64,000 nt of DNA from Candidatus Saganbacteria bacterium (lineage in GTDB: Bacteria; Margulisbacteria; WOR-1; XYC2-FULL-46-14; WPAF01): NCBI GenBank assembly GCA_009772965.1, contig WPAF01000001.1:78639-142638 (forward strand). Reading direction: 5' to 3'. Shown piece by piece: positions 9,545 to 18,489 of this stretch (position 1 is the first letter of the stretch; each line of letters begins with the position of its first letter). A model generated the notes under the pieces. The model made no database searches, was not told the origin of the DNA, and was given only the letters and a program-made list of their open reading frames with translations. The position numbers and the translations under genes were made by a program.

Positions 9545-10477
9545 TTAAATATTGGCGTACTGGTTCCGTTTTATGATCCGGAACGCCTTAATCAGTTCCG
9601 CGATCCCTTCCTGCAGGGAAACCTGCGGCTTAAATCCCGTTCTTTCTATCTTTTCATTGCTTACGATATAATCCCTCTTATCCGGATCTTCACCTACTTC
9701 GGCTTCCACAAAATAAAAATCTGGGATCAATTTTTTTATCTCCTGGCATAATTCCAGCTTACTAAGATTTGCGTCGCTAAGCCCAACATTATACGGCTCA
9801 TTTTTCATTTTCTCAAAATTATCCAGCGAATGGATGAAAGCTCGAGCAATATCGCGCACGTGGATATAATTACGGTTAAAATGCGCTTCGAACAGCACAA
9901 TGAATCGGTCATAGAAGGCGCGGTAGGTAAAATCATTCACCAAGAGGTCAAGGCGCATCCTCGGGCTGACACCAAATGCGGTGGCAAGCCTTAATGTGAT
10001 CGCGTTGCCGGCCGCCAACAGCAAATTCTCAGCTTCTACTTTGATCTTTCCGTAAATTGAGATCGGATTCAAGGGAGTGGCTTCAGTGCAATGCTTACCT
10101 TTTTGCCCGATCCCATATCCACTGTTAGTGGTCGGATATATAATGACCTGATCTTTGCAACGCAATGACAGAATCATTTTGATGGCATCGACGATTACCG
10201 TGTGAGCCGCGATCGGATCCTTATTGCAGAGCGGGGCACCGGTAAGGCAGGCCAGCGGAAAAATGGCATCCATGTCCTTCATATGCTTCCTGACTAGCTC
10301 TTTATCCCGAGTATCACCTCTGATGATCTCAAGTTTTTTATCGTAGCAACATTCCAGCAGCGAGGTTTGGCCATACATAAAATTGTCAAGGACTGCTACT
10401 GCGTGCCCCTGTTTCAACAATTCAGGCACCATGACTGAGCCGAGATAACCGGCGCCGCCTGTAACCAATATTTTCAT
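9545..10477 (-). CDS. NAD-dependent sugar-nucleotide epimerase/dehydratase
   Basis: 310 aa; MKILVTGGAGYLGS Rossmann start and a YGKIK (YxxxK) motif. Confidence 0.7.
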   Translation of the reverse strand: MKILVTGGAGYLGSVMVPELLKQGHAVAVLDNFMYGQTSLLECCYDKKLEIIRGDTRDKELVRKHMKDMDAIFPLACLTGAPLCNKDPIAAHTVIVDAIKMILSLRCKDQVIIYPTTNSGYGIGQKGKHCTEATPLNPISIYGKIKVEAENLLLAAGNAITLRLATAFGVSPRMRLDLLVNDFTYRAFYDRFIVLFEAHFNRNYIHVRDIARAFIHSLDNFEKMKNEPYNVGLSDANLSKLELCQEIKKLIPDFYFVEAEVGEDPDKRDYIVSNEKIERTGFKPQVSLQEGIAELIKAFRIIKRNQYANI

Positions 10478-10707
10478 TTTTTTTCTTCCAACTCCCGTAT
10501 AACTTTCTTATAAACTTTTTTGACTTTTCCCGGAAGATTTGGATTCAATAAAATTAGAATGTTCTTGCCTAAAACCCTGTATTGTCCGCCGATCTTAGCG
10601 GCATTTAGGAAACCGCTTCTGATCAAACGCCGAAAGGTGGAATCAGAGATCTTTAAAATGGTCGTTACCTCTTGAGGGGTATAGACCTCATTTTCGTCAA
10701 CTATCAT
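10474..10707 (-). CDS. Small helix-turn-helix DNA-binding protein (excisionase/MerR-like HTH), first gene of the short operon
   Basis: 77 aa; TPQEVTTILKISDSTFRRLIRSGFLNAAKIGGQYRV matches the excisionase-family HTH pattern. Overlaps the downstream epimerase start by 4 nt. Confidence 0.6.
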   Translation of the reverse strand: MIVDENEVYTPQEVTTILKISDSTFRRLIRSGFLNAAKIGGQYRVLGKNILILLNPNLPGKVKKVYKKVIRELEEKK

Positions 10708-10716
10708 AGTTGAAAA

Positions 10717-10744
10717 ATTATAGCACCTAGGCTAATTTTGTCAA
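10717..10744 (-). promoter_or_regulatory. Sigma70-type promoter for the short operon: -35 TTGACA (10744->10739), 16-nt spacer, -10 TATAAT (10722->10717) on the minus strand
   Basis: Read directly. The plus strand has tgtcaa at 10739-10744 and attata at 10717-10722. The predicted TSS is about 3 nt from the HTH ATG, so the mRNA would be leaderless or near-leaderless, and no Shine-Dalgarno is visible. Confidence 0.55.
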
Positions 10745-10756
10745 GATGCAATATAT

Positions 10757-10780
10757 CTTGTCAATTCTTGTCAATTCTTA
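10757..10780. repeat. Tandem direct repeat cttgtcaatt x2.4 in the divergent intergenic region (candidate operator)
   Basis: cttgtcaattcttgtcaattctta read directly. A third TTGTCAA copy lies at 10738-10744, overlapping the -35 element. Confidence 0.6.
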
Positions 10781-10836
10781 CGGTTAAGCGTGCATGGTAG
10801 TGGGCGGATACCGACATGGAATTATGTTTGAAAATA

Positions 10837-10845
10837 TGATAATAT
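10837..10845 (+). promoter_or_regulatory. Candidate extended -10 element (TGaTAATAT) for the plus-strand radical SAM gene
   Basis: tgataatat lies 10 nt upstream of the ATG at 10855. No convincing -35 is present. Another near-leaderless arrangement. Confidence 0.35.
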
Positions 10846-10854
10846 AGATTTTAT

Positions 10855-11820
10855 ATGAAAACATTTTTTGTATCATTAAGTCGTTTTCCCCTTAGAATTG
10901 TCTATACCATAATCGGAGTTATATTTCGTGCAGATAAACGCATAGCGGAGAGGCTACCAAGATACTTTCCAACATACCGCGCATTTGCCGGAGAGACCAT
11001 AAACCAACTTTTCAAGTGTGTTAAGTCATCAAGATCGTTCTTGCCACAGGGGATCATCCTAGAGCCAACTAATATCTGTAATCTTAGATGCGCACATTGT
11101 GTTCCTCAATCCTTGAACGAAAAAAGAGGCATGATGGAATATGATTTTTATGTATCCATTCTCGATTCCAATCCTCAACTGACCAGTATGATCTTAAGCA
11201 GAAATGGAGAACCCTTTTTGCATCCAAATATATTTGATATGATATCTTATGCGAAGAGAAAAGGAATCTACATGGCTGTGTATACAAATGGGATGTTGCT
11301 TAAGTCGGACAGGTGTAGTGACATTATCTCGTCGGGATTAGATGAGATAAATTTTTCTTTAGAGGCCGTTGGCGATGCGTACGAGAAAAACAGAGGAGTT
11401 CCTTATAGCTTTTTTTCCGAGGCTTTATCCAGTCTTTTATCTAAACGTGCTATATCCGGATCGCGCCTTAGGGTGGGATTGAATATAGCAAAAATAGGTG
11501 CATGTGAAACCGCGCTCCGAAATATCTATGAAGAATGGGCTGGCAAAGTTGACGTTATTGATGTTGAGCCGATAATGGGTGGCAAGTCATCCAGAAGGCG
11601 TCTACCTTGCAGGACATTATGGCGCAATGTGGTTGTGCGCTGGGATGGAATTGTCCTGCCGTGTTGTATCGATATGAAGAGCAGTCTGGTTATGGGAGAT
11701 GCTAAAACGGCATCCCTTAAAGAAATATTTAATAGCCCGCAGGCAAGGGCGCTGAGATTGAAGCATATAAAAGGTGAATATCCTCCTGTGTGCGAATATT
11801 GTGATAGTCTTTTTGGTTAA
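10855..11820 (+). CDS. Radical SAM protein with C-terminal SPASM/twitch-like cysteine cluster
   Basis: 321 aa; CNLRCAHC (CxxxCxxC) and a C-terminal Cys-rich region (CRTLW...LPCCID...CEYCD). One of only two plus-strand CDS in the window. Confidence 0.75.
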   Translation: MKTFFVSLSRFPLRIVYTIIGVIFRADKRIAERLPRYFPTYRAFAGETINQLFKCVKSSRSFLPQGIILEPTNICNLRCAHCVPQSLNEKRGMMEYDFYVSILDSNPQLTSMILSRNGEPFLHPNIFDMISYAKRKGIYMAVYTNGMLLKSDRCSDIISSGLDEINFSLEAVGDAYEKNRGVPYSFFSEALSSLLSKRAISGSRLRVGLNIAKIGACETALRNIYEEWAGKVDVIDVEPIMGGKSSRRRLPCRTLWRNVVVRWDGIVLPCCIDMKSSLVMGDAKTASLKEIFNSPQARALRLKHIKGEYPPVCEYCDSLFG

Positions 11821-11851
11821 CAAGACAATGGTTGAATGAGAAAAAATAATT

Positions 11852-13597
11852 TCAGCCGTTTGAGAGTGCTGCTTCCATTTGTTGCAAGAAATCCTTTTTT
11901 GCTACCGGATAAGCTAATGCTTCTTTGAACCTTTTAATCGGTTCTTTCCTATCCTCAATAAAACCAGGCAAATCATTAACCACCCTATTAAAAGAATTAA
12001 TTCCGGATTTAACGTCATAAAAAACCATTCCGCATTTCACCAACTCCCGATTAATTTTTTTCCCTTCATCTGAAGAAATACAATTAAACTCATATTTCGA
12101 CTGAAACACTAGAGTTGGGACGCCAGTTTGTATTGATTCCGCAAAGCCAGTACTAATCGAATCCCACAAAACAAAATCCACTTTATCATAAAGTGACATT
12201 GGCAAAACATTAATATCGAGCACTTTAATTGAACCATCATTACAACTCTTTACAAGATCATTTTGAATTGGATCATAGCAGGAATCTGTTCCCGGGAACG
12301 GCTTATAAAGAATTTTAAGGTTATGATATAGTGTTTTAATTTCTTTGAGCAAACAAAGCATATTCAACCTGTGCTGATAAAACTTTTCGGGAGATAAAGA
12401 GTCAAGATCGCGCATAAATTCCGTAAGCGGCTGTGCAGGGTATAAAACAACAATATCTTCAGAATTATTATCTCGCCCTCTCCACTTCTTAAGCTTTAGA
12501 GAAGATAAGAGATAATACAAGAAAGGTGTGCCATAATTTATTATTTTTACATTTACGTGCGGCCTTTTGCTTTTAATCCAATCGCTATTGGCTTTGCCCC
12601 ATGTAAAGAAATAATCAATAAAACGCAATTCATTATCGGCATGCGCGAAGAAGGGCTGATAATTTACTACACCATGATCATGGCAAACAAGCAGCGCCCC
12701 TTTACGTTTGGCCAAAAAAGCGAATATCTTAAAGTTTTCATTCAAAGAATACCCCGTAAAGGAATGAACCTGTTTTATGTCCCATTGATTAAGACGGCTT
12801 TTATAATAAGCGTATTTTTCTTCGAACCCCTCAACAATTGATAAGGGCAATGCGCAATCCATAAACTCAGCATAAGCTTTTGAAACTTTCTTCGCCTGAA
12901 TTTCATCCATTGCACCGACAAACTTGTTGGCATATTTAAAAAATATATTTTCGTAACATCCCTTTATTTGGCTTCGAATGTCATAGTTTATTTCACGAGC
13001 ACTTCCCAAGAAATCGAAATGAAATAAATCACGAGAAGAGAGGGTGCTTTTCATCCAACCCGAATATTCCCCAATCACTTTAGGTTTTATCAATTTGACA
13101 TAAAAACTGTTTATGCTCGCCAATATTTTCCTAGCTTGCTTTTTCAAATTAAAACCATCTTCTCTCTTAAGCAATGATTCCTGCGGTTTCGGAAGATTTT
13201 TTATCGTTTGCATATGGAGAAATTCATTATGATTAAAAATGCATTGTATTTTATGTAAAATGGCATGGTTAATTGCATAATCATGGTAATAGCTTAAAAC
13301 AACTTCGCGGGTATTATTAAAATAATGCAGCTCATAATCGATTTTTGGATAAGCAACTCCCGACTTAGTTTCTATTTGGAAGGAAACCCTTAGCAATCTC
13401 TCAATGAACATATATGTAACAGAATTTATCGGGAAACGGAGCAGCAATAAAAGCTCCTTGGAACTAAGAGTTTTATATATTGATAATTTTTTATTATAAA
13501 TTTCAAGAATAACATCATCTGCAAGTTTGTTGGCATATTCGACCATTGTTTTCTGGTCATAAAGATCTGTCCAATCCATTCCGTTTTTTATCTCCAT
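11852..13597 (-). CDS. Large hypothetical protein (581 aa), possible novel transferase of a glycan locus
   Basis: Long uninterrupted ORF translationally coupled to the downstream PIG-L gene (stop at 13597, next start 13599). No motif I can name with confidence. It is soluble-looking (no long hydrophobic stretches). Confidence 0.5.
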   Translation of the reverse strand: MEIKNGMDWTDLYDQKTMVEYANKLADDVILEIYNKKLSIYKTLSSKELLLLLRFPINSVTYMFIERLLRVSFQIETKSGVAYPKIDYELHYFNNTREVVLSYYHDYAINHAILHKIQCIFNHNEFLHMQTIKNLPKPQESLLKREDGFNLKKQARKILASINSFYVKLIKPKVIGEYSGWMKSTLSSRDLFHFDFLGSAREINYDIRSQIKGCYENIFFKYANKFVGAMDEIQAKKVSKAYAEFMDCALPLSIVEGFEEKYAYYKSRLNQWDIKQVHSFTGYSLNENFKIFAFLAKRKGALLVCHDHGVVNYQPFFAHADNELRFIDYFFTWGKANSDWIKSKRPHVNVKIINYGTPFLYYLLSSLKLKKWRGRDNNSEDIVVLYPAQPLTEFMRDLDSLSPEKFYQHRLNMLCLLKEIKTLYHNLKILYKPFPGTDSCYDPIQNDLVKSCNDGSIKVLDINVLPMSLYDKVDFVLWDSISTGFAESIQTGVPTLVFQSKYEFNCISSDEGKKINRELVKCGMVFYDVKSGINSFNRVVNDLPGFIEDRKEPIKRFKEALAYPVAKKDFLQQMEAALSNG

Positions 13598-13598
13598 A

Positions 13599-14300
13599 TT
13601 AATTAACCCTTTTTAGACGTTCAAATGCTTCGGCATATTTATATTTCTGTGCCTTTCCCCTCTTTTGTGCCAGTTCTTCTACTGCTTGAGGGGAAAAGGG
13701 ATGTGGATAATCCTGCAATTCACTTTCGTATGCTTTTAAAGCCTTTAATTTAACTTCAATAAAATCTGACACATTCTCCACATATTCAGCTTTAAATGTA
13801 TTTGCTGACTTAGGCGGCAAAATATCCATATTGCCAGGGATCTCAAAACAAAAAATAGTAGCGTTTTTAACAATTTGCCTGCCAGGTCGAAACGCAGTTA
13901 GAGTCGCCTCACAAACCACCCTATGATCTTTGTTTAAATCCCCCCAATGGTGCGTATAAACAATATCGGGAGCATTTTTTTCGGTAAGTTTCTCTACTCT
14001 TTTTACTATGTCCAATAAAGGCAGCGCATCCAAACGTTGATCCGGAAGAACAAAATAGCTGCAATTTTCTTTTTTTACTCCCAACAGATTTATAGCCTTA
14101 AAGAATTCATTTTTGCGCATACCTACGGATTTTTTATCTTGTTTTTTGAGCCTATTCGGAAAATAGTGACGAGAAGTTACTCCATCGCCAAAAACAATAA
14201 TACGTACCTCATCCCCTACCTGGATATGTTTGGCGATGGTTCCACCACAACCCAAGATTTCGTCATCAGGATGAGCTACTACAACCAATACTCTTTTCAT
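13599..14300 (-). CDS. PIG-L / LmbE-family N-acetyl-sugar deacetylase
   Basis: 233 aa; N-terminal VVVAHPDDEILGCGG zinc-binding motif typical of PIG-L deacetylases. Confidence 0.75.
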   Translation of the reverse strand: MKRVLVVVAHPDDEILGCGGTIAKHIQVGDEVRIIVFGDGVTSRHYFPNRLKKQDKKSVGMRKNEFFKAINLLGVKKENCSYFVLPDQRLDALPLLDIVKRVEKLTEKNAPDIVYTHHWGDLNKDHRVVCEATLTAFRPGRQIVKNATIFCFEIPGNMDILPPKSANTFKAEYVENVSDFIEVKLKALKAYESELQDYPHPFSPQAVEELAQKRGKAQKYKYAEAFERLKRVN

Positions 14301-14301
14301 A

Positions 14302-15537
14302 TTATTTTCTCACGCTTTTATTGCCTTTGATATAATTCACTTTTGGCCTCATATTAATTACATCTGCGTCAATTTTCATATCCTTTAACTGATCCACTAT
14401 TTCTTTGTCATACATAGAAGCGACAATTATCAGATCTACAGGATCAGAAATCAATTGCTCGGGAGGATAAACCTTTAAATTATTATTAACAAAACACATA
14501 TCCCATTTTCTTTGATCAATATCTACAATATAGGAAATACGAGTAGCATCCAACCCATAAATCGGGAATAAATACCCGCCGAACCCACCCGCTCCCCAAA
14601 TGGCGATCTTTTTATCCTTTTTTATAAAAGGGTCAGTATGCTTTTTGAATTTTTTATGATTTCTCCCATATTCAAGAACAAAATTCTTTCCCAATCTATT
14701 TCCCGTATCTATTTTCACATCATGCGCTTTGCCCGTTTCAGCCGCAATAATAATCAGATTTTCGGGGGTCTTTTTATATTCAATCAATTTCAAACCGGAT
14801 CTTCTCAAAACCTCACAAACAGAAGAGATCGAAAACCCGTGAATATGTTGAAAATTAAATGATTCAAAAGAACCATTTTCTAAAAAATATTCAATATTCG
14901 GTGTCTCAAAAACGACCAGCCCTTTCTTTGTTAATACTTTTTTGACGTCCTTCAACAATTCAACAGGATATTCAACATGCTCAATAAAATGCCTAAAAAT
15001 TACAACGTCGAAATATGAATTATGGGCAATAAAATCCTGGCTTTTAAAATATCGCTTATACACTTTTATGCCGATTTCTTTTGCGATATCCGCCCCTTTG
15101 CTTGGATCACAGCCGCATACAAGAAAGTCTCTTTTAGATAGTTCCCTTAAAACATATCCGTCATAACAAGCAATTTCCAAAATATTTTTTAATTTGCCCT
15201 CAGCACAGATGGGGCTAACACTTTTATTAAACATGTCCAAGAACATATTTTCCCTTTTTTGGATAAACCCAGAAATAACGGCCGATGGATAATTATAAAA
15301 CTCGCTATAAATTGAATCCATTAACTTATCATTCGGCTTCATTGATTGAAACACATGGCCGCAATTAGTGCATTTTTTTACTTTTAAAGGCGCGTTAAGT
15401 TCCTTGATAGAATACCGTCTTAATATTTCTATTTTTTCTTCTTTTGAAACAGCAAAACCGATATAAGGGAATCGATCGGTTTGAAACAGCAAAGCTGATT
15501 TTTCGTTTTCACACACAGGGCATTTCATAAATTCCAT
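14302..15537 (-). CDS. Sugar C-methyltransferase (TylCIII/NDP-hexose C-methyltransferase architecture)
   Basis: 411 aa with three parts: an N-terminal zinc ribbon (CPVCEN...CTNCGH), a class I SAM-MTase core (ILEIACYDGY), and a C-terminal Rossmann-like domain (IAIWGAGGFGGYL...VDIDQRK) as in C-methyltransferase C-terminal domains. Confidence 0.65.
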   Translation of the reverse strand: MEFMKCPVCENEKSALLFQTDRFPYIGFAVSKEEKIEILRRYSIKELNAPLKVKKCTNCGHVFQSMKPNDKLMDSIYSEFYNYPSAVISGFIQKRENMFLDMFNKSVSPICAEGKLKNILEIACYDGYVLRELSKRDFLVCGCDPSKGADIAKEIGIKVYKRYFKSQDFIAHNSYFDVVIFRHFIEHVEYPVELLKDVKKVLTKKGLVVFETPNIEYFLENGSFESFNFQHIHGFSISSVCEVLRRSGLKLIEYKKTPENLIIIAAETGKAHDVKIDTGNRLGKNFVLEYGRNHKKFKKHTDPFIKKDKKIAIWGAGGFGGYLFPIYGLDATRISYIVDIDQRKWDMCFVNNNLKVYPPEQLISDPVDLIIVASMYDKEIVDQLKDMKIDADVINMRPKVNYIKGNKSVRK

Positions 15538-15548
15538 TTCGACTCTCC

Positions 15549-15776
15549 TTAAATTAATTTTTTCCCCAAAACATGAGCAATATCACCCAAATTATTAATT
15601 TGAAACATTTCATCAATTTCAAATTTAATAGAAAATTCTTTTTCTAAAGCCATAATTAAGCTTAAATGCCCCATTGAATCCCAAGCGGGAATATCAGCTG
15701 ACGTCCATCGCATATCTATTTTTCCATTATCAAATTTAAATGTCTCTCTAATAACTTTTTCTATACGCCTATCCAC
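15549..15776 (-). CDS. Acyl/peptidyl carrier protein
   Basis: 75 aa; WDSMGHLSLIMALEKEF places a Ser in the phosphopantetheine-attachment context (DSx...L..E.EF). Confidence 0.6.
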   Translation of the reverse strand: MDRRIEKVIRETFKFDNGKIDMRWTSADIPAWDSMGHLSLIMALEKEFSIKFEIDEMFQINNLGDIAHVLGKKLI

Positions 15777-15796
15777 ACGCCTTCTCCTTCCTGATA

Positions 15797-17212
15797 TTAA
15801 TCATGGTTATCCGCCCTTTCTTTTAACATGCCTAATTCCTCATAAACTTTTAATCGAAAATCAATAATATCTTGTTTCTCTAATTTATACGGTTTAATGA
15901 AAGGCGTGTCGTTGGCATAATAAAAAGAGCCCGTATTATGCAAATTTGCCTGGTCAATTATCAATAAATTATTGGCGACGCATTCATCGTAAAGCTTTGT
16001 CCCTGGGAAAGGGGTGGCAAAACTAATAACCGCACGTTTCAGCTCTAATTGTTTTATCAATTCATAGGTTTCCTGCAATGTTTCGTGTGTTTCATTGGGA
16101 AATCCAACTATAAAAAATACGTTATAAGCCAATTTCGGATATTTTTTTATATTATTAAAGGCAGCAATTATATTCTCCTGCGTTAACCTTTTATTTATTG
16201 ACATCCTAATTTCCGGCGAACCGCTTTCAACCGCCAAACACGTCCTAACAAGCCCGGCATTTATAAGCGCTTCAATTACTTCTTCATCAATAGTATTAAG
16301 ATCAAGCCCATTTGGAGTGTCAAATTGAATATTTAGACCTTTACTAATAATTAAATTACACATTTCAATGGTTCGATTTTTATTTAATGTTAGATTGTCA
16401 TCCATAAAAGAAAAATAATGATGGTTTAGATGAAAATACAAATATTCCAACTCGTCAACCACATTAGAAGCTGAACGCATCCGATGCTTTCGTCCGTGTG
16501 CCAGGAACATGCTACAATAAGTACATTGTCGAGGACAACTTCGGCTGGAAAGGACGTAAAGGCTAAGATTGATCGGCAGCTTTCTAGGGTTGATCCATTT
16601 TGAAGTATTAAAATAATAATCTTTAATATTAACCAAGCTATAATCAGGGAAAGGGATGCCATCTATATCTTCAATGTATTTTTCTTTCTTATTTACCGAT
16701 ACCTCCCCATTGATCCGATAGGCCAGCCCATCTATACGGTTAAAACCGTTTATCTTATTTTCGATTGCATTGACCAATTCGATCAGGCTTGATTCGCTTT
16801 CCCCCTGCAAGATAAAATCGACACAGTCATATTCAGCAAGGATTTGCCGCGAAAATATAGTGGGATGAATCCCCCCAAAAACTATCGGAATAAGCGGATA
16901 GTCCACTTTTATTGATTTACCAATTGCGATCGCCGGGGAAAAACGGACAGAACAATGGATCGAGATACCGATTAAATCCGGCTTAAAATCCGAAATAATT
17001 TTTTGCATCTTTGATTTATAGTATTCCTCAAAATTAAATTTCGTTTTTTCAGATACAGCCGTGATTTGATCATTGCTGACATCAATAAATAAGACCTCAT
17101 GGCCATTTTTTTTCAAAGAAGATGAAAGATATAATATTCCCAAGGGAATATGCCTTTCTTCTGAGAAGATAAAATCGGGATTGTGAGGATTTATTAAAAG
17201 GATCTTAGCCAA
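15797..17212 (-). CDS. B12-binding domain radical SAM enzyme
   Basis: 471 aa; CPRQCTYC motif after an N-terminal B12-binding-like domain. Confidence 0.75.
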   Translation of the reverse strand: MAKILLINPHNPDFIFSEERHIPLGILYLSSSLKKNGHEVLFIDVSNDQITAVSEKTKFNFEEYYKSKMQKIISDFKPDLIGISIHCSVRFSPAIAIGKSIKVDYPLIPIVFGGIHPTIFSRQILAEYDCVDFILQGESESSLIELVNAIENKINGFNRIDGLAYRINGEVSVNKKEKYIEDIDGIPFPDYSLVNIKDYYFNTSKWINPRKLPINLSLYVLSSRSCPRQCTYCSMFLAHGRKHRMRSASNVVDELEYLYFHLNHHYFSFMDDNLTLNKNRTIEMCNLIISKGLNIQFDTPNGLDLNTIDEEVIEALINAGLVRTCLAVESGSPEIRMSINKRLTQENIIAAFNNIKKYPKLAYNVFFIVGFPNETHETLQETYELIKQLELKRAVISFATPFPGTKLYDECVANNLLIIDQANLHNTGSFYYANDTPFIKPYKLEKQDIIDFRLKVYEELGMLKERADNHD

Positions 17213-18464
17213 CTTTTTTCTCCATTCTACCCTCCAATTTTGCTCTCATTTTGGGCAATACTGTGCCATATATCATAAGGGTTTCTTCGATAACTCTATC
17301 TGTATGCGCATAAGAAATCATATGCCATCCCGCGCTTAATATGCCATGTGCAGCAACTAGCTCAATCCAATACAAAAGGTCATCAGTGGGATCATAATTC
17401 AAATTATTTTTGTCAATAAAATTAATACCGAACCTGCAATCAAATCCTAATATTTCCATTCTGTCAGACAGATTGTATTTAACAATTAAACTTTTGATCC
17501 CTTCTCTAAGTTTCGCTCCTGATCTGGCTAACTGAGCAGGAACATCTGCTTGATCATAAAATGCAAGCACTGCTTTGGCGGCTGCCAGAGACAAAGTCTC
17601 TCCAGCATTAGTTAACGAAAAATAAACATCATTAAATTTAGACATAATTCCAGCCTTTCCTACTATAGCTGACAAAGGCATGCCATTGGCGATTGCCTTA
17701 CTAAAACACGATAAATCCGGGACAATATTAAACAATGCTTGCGCTCCACCCTTATGGAAGCGGAATCCTGTTACTACTTCATCAAAAATTAATACAACAT
17801 TATTATTTGTGGCTATTTCCCTTACTTTTTCAAGAAAATTATCCCTGGGCCATTCTTTAGCAGGAATTGGCTCCAAGATAATACAAGCAATATTATCTTT
17901 ATAATCTTTCAATAATTTCATCAGAAAATTAATATCATTAAAAACAAAACGATGCGATAATTCTCCTATGCATTTCGGTATGCCTCCATTTTTTGAAGTT
18001 TGACAAACATACCAATCCTGCCAGCCATGATAGCCGCAAAACAATATATGGTCTCTCCCAGTATAATAACGGGCCAGCCTCACCGCAGCAGAGGTAGCAT
18101 CATTGCCATTTTTACCAAATTTCACTTTTTCCGCGCTGGGAATTCTTTCAATTAACATCTCGGCAACCTGAATTTCTAATGGTGTTGGCAGAGAAAAAGA
18201 GATGCCTTTTTTTAATTGCTCGCTAATTGCCTTATTAACCACAGGATGATTATGCCCGAGAGTCATAGTCCCCAATCCAATAATATAATCAATATACTTA
18301 TTACCATCTACGTCCCAAGTATAGGCGCCATCACCTCTTACCAAACAAAAAGGCGTTCTGCCATTCCCAAACAATTGAACCTTGTTAAATGTTGAAGCGC
18401 TGGCTAAGGATTCCTGACTTCTTGCTAAATATTCATTACTGCTGGCCAAATTAGTATTCCCCAT
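17205..18464 (-). CDS. Class III PLP aminotransferase (glutamate-1-semialdehyde aminomutase-like)
   Basis: 419 aa; FDEVVTGFRF, an SKAIANG PLP-lysine region and N-terminal GxxxxD..G..YIDY, as in HemL-family enzymes. Confidence 0.8.
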   Translation of the reverse strand: MGNTNLASSNEYLARSQESLASASTFNKVQLFGNGRTPFCLVRGDGAYTWDVDGNKYIDYIIGLGTMTLGHNHPVVNKAISEQLKKGISFSLPTPLEIQVAEMLIERIPSAEKVKFGKNGNDATSAAVRLARYYTGRDHILFCGYHGWQDWYVCQTSKNGGIPKCIGELSHRFVFNDINFLMKLLKDYKDNIACIILEPIPAKEWPRDNFLEKVREIATNNNVVLIFDEVVTGFRFHKGGAQALFNIVPDLSCFSKAIANGMPLSAIVGKAGIMSKFNDVYFSLTNAGETLSLAAAKAVLAFYDQADVPAQLARSGAKLREGIKSLIVKYNLSDRMEILGFDCRFGINFIDKNNLNYDPTDDLLYWIELVAAHGILSAGWHMISYAHTDRVIEETLMIYGTVLPKMRAKLEGRMEKKVG

Positions 18465-18489
18465 TTATTATCATACCCCTTGATTTATC

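Noticed and set aside
10474-10707. Excisionase-family HTH as evidence of a prophage or integrative element
   Set aside because: No integrase, recombinase, tRNA target or phage structural genes were recognised within the 64 kb window. The gene is 4-nt coupled to a sugar epimerase, so a role as a dedicated operon regulator is more plausible.
10757-10780. Possible CRISPR or other array from the tandem repeat
   Set aside because: There are only about 2.4 copies of a 10-bp unit with no spacers and no cas genes. It is better explained as an operator or promoter-associated repeat.
11821-11851. Rho-independent terminator between the convergent radical SAM gene and the 581-aa gene
   Set aside because: There is no convincing GC-rich stem followed by a T-tract in the 31-nt gap.
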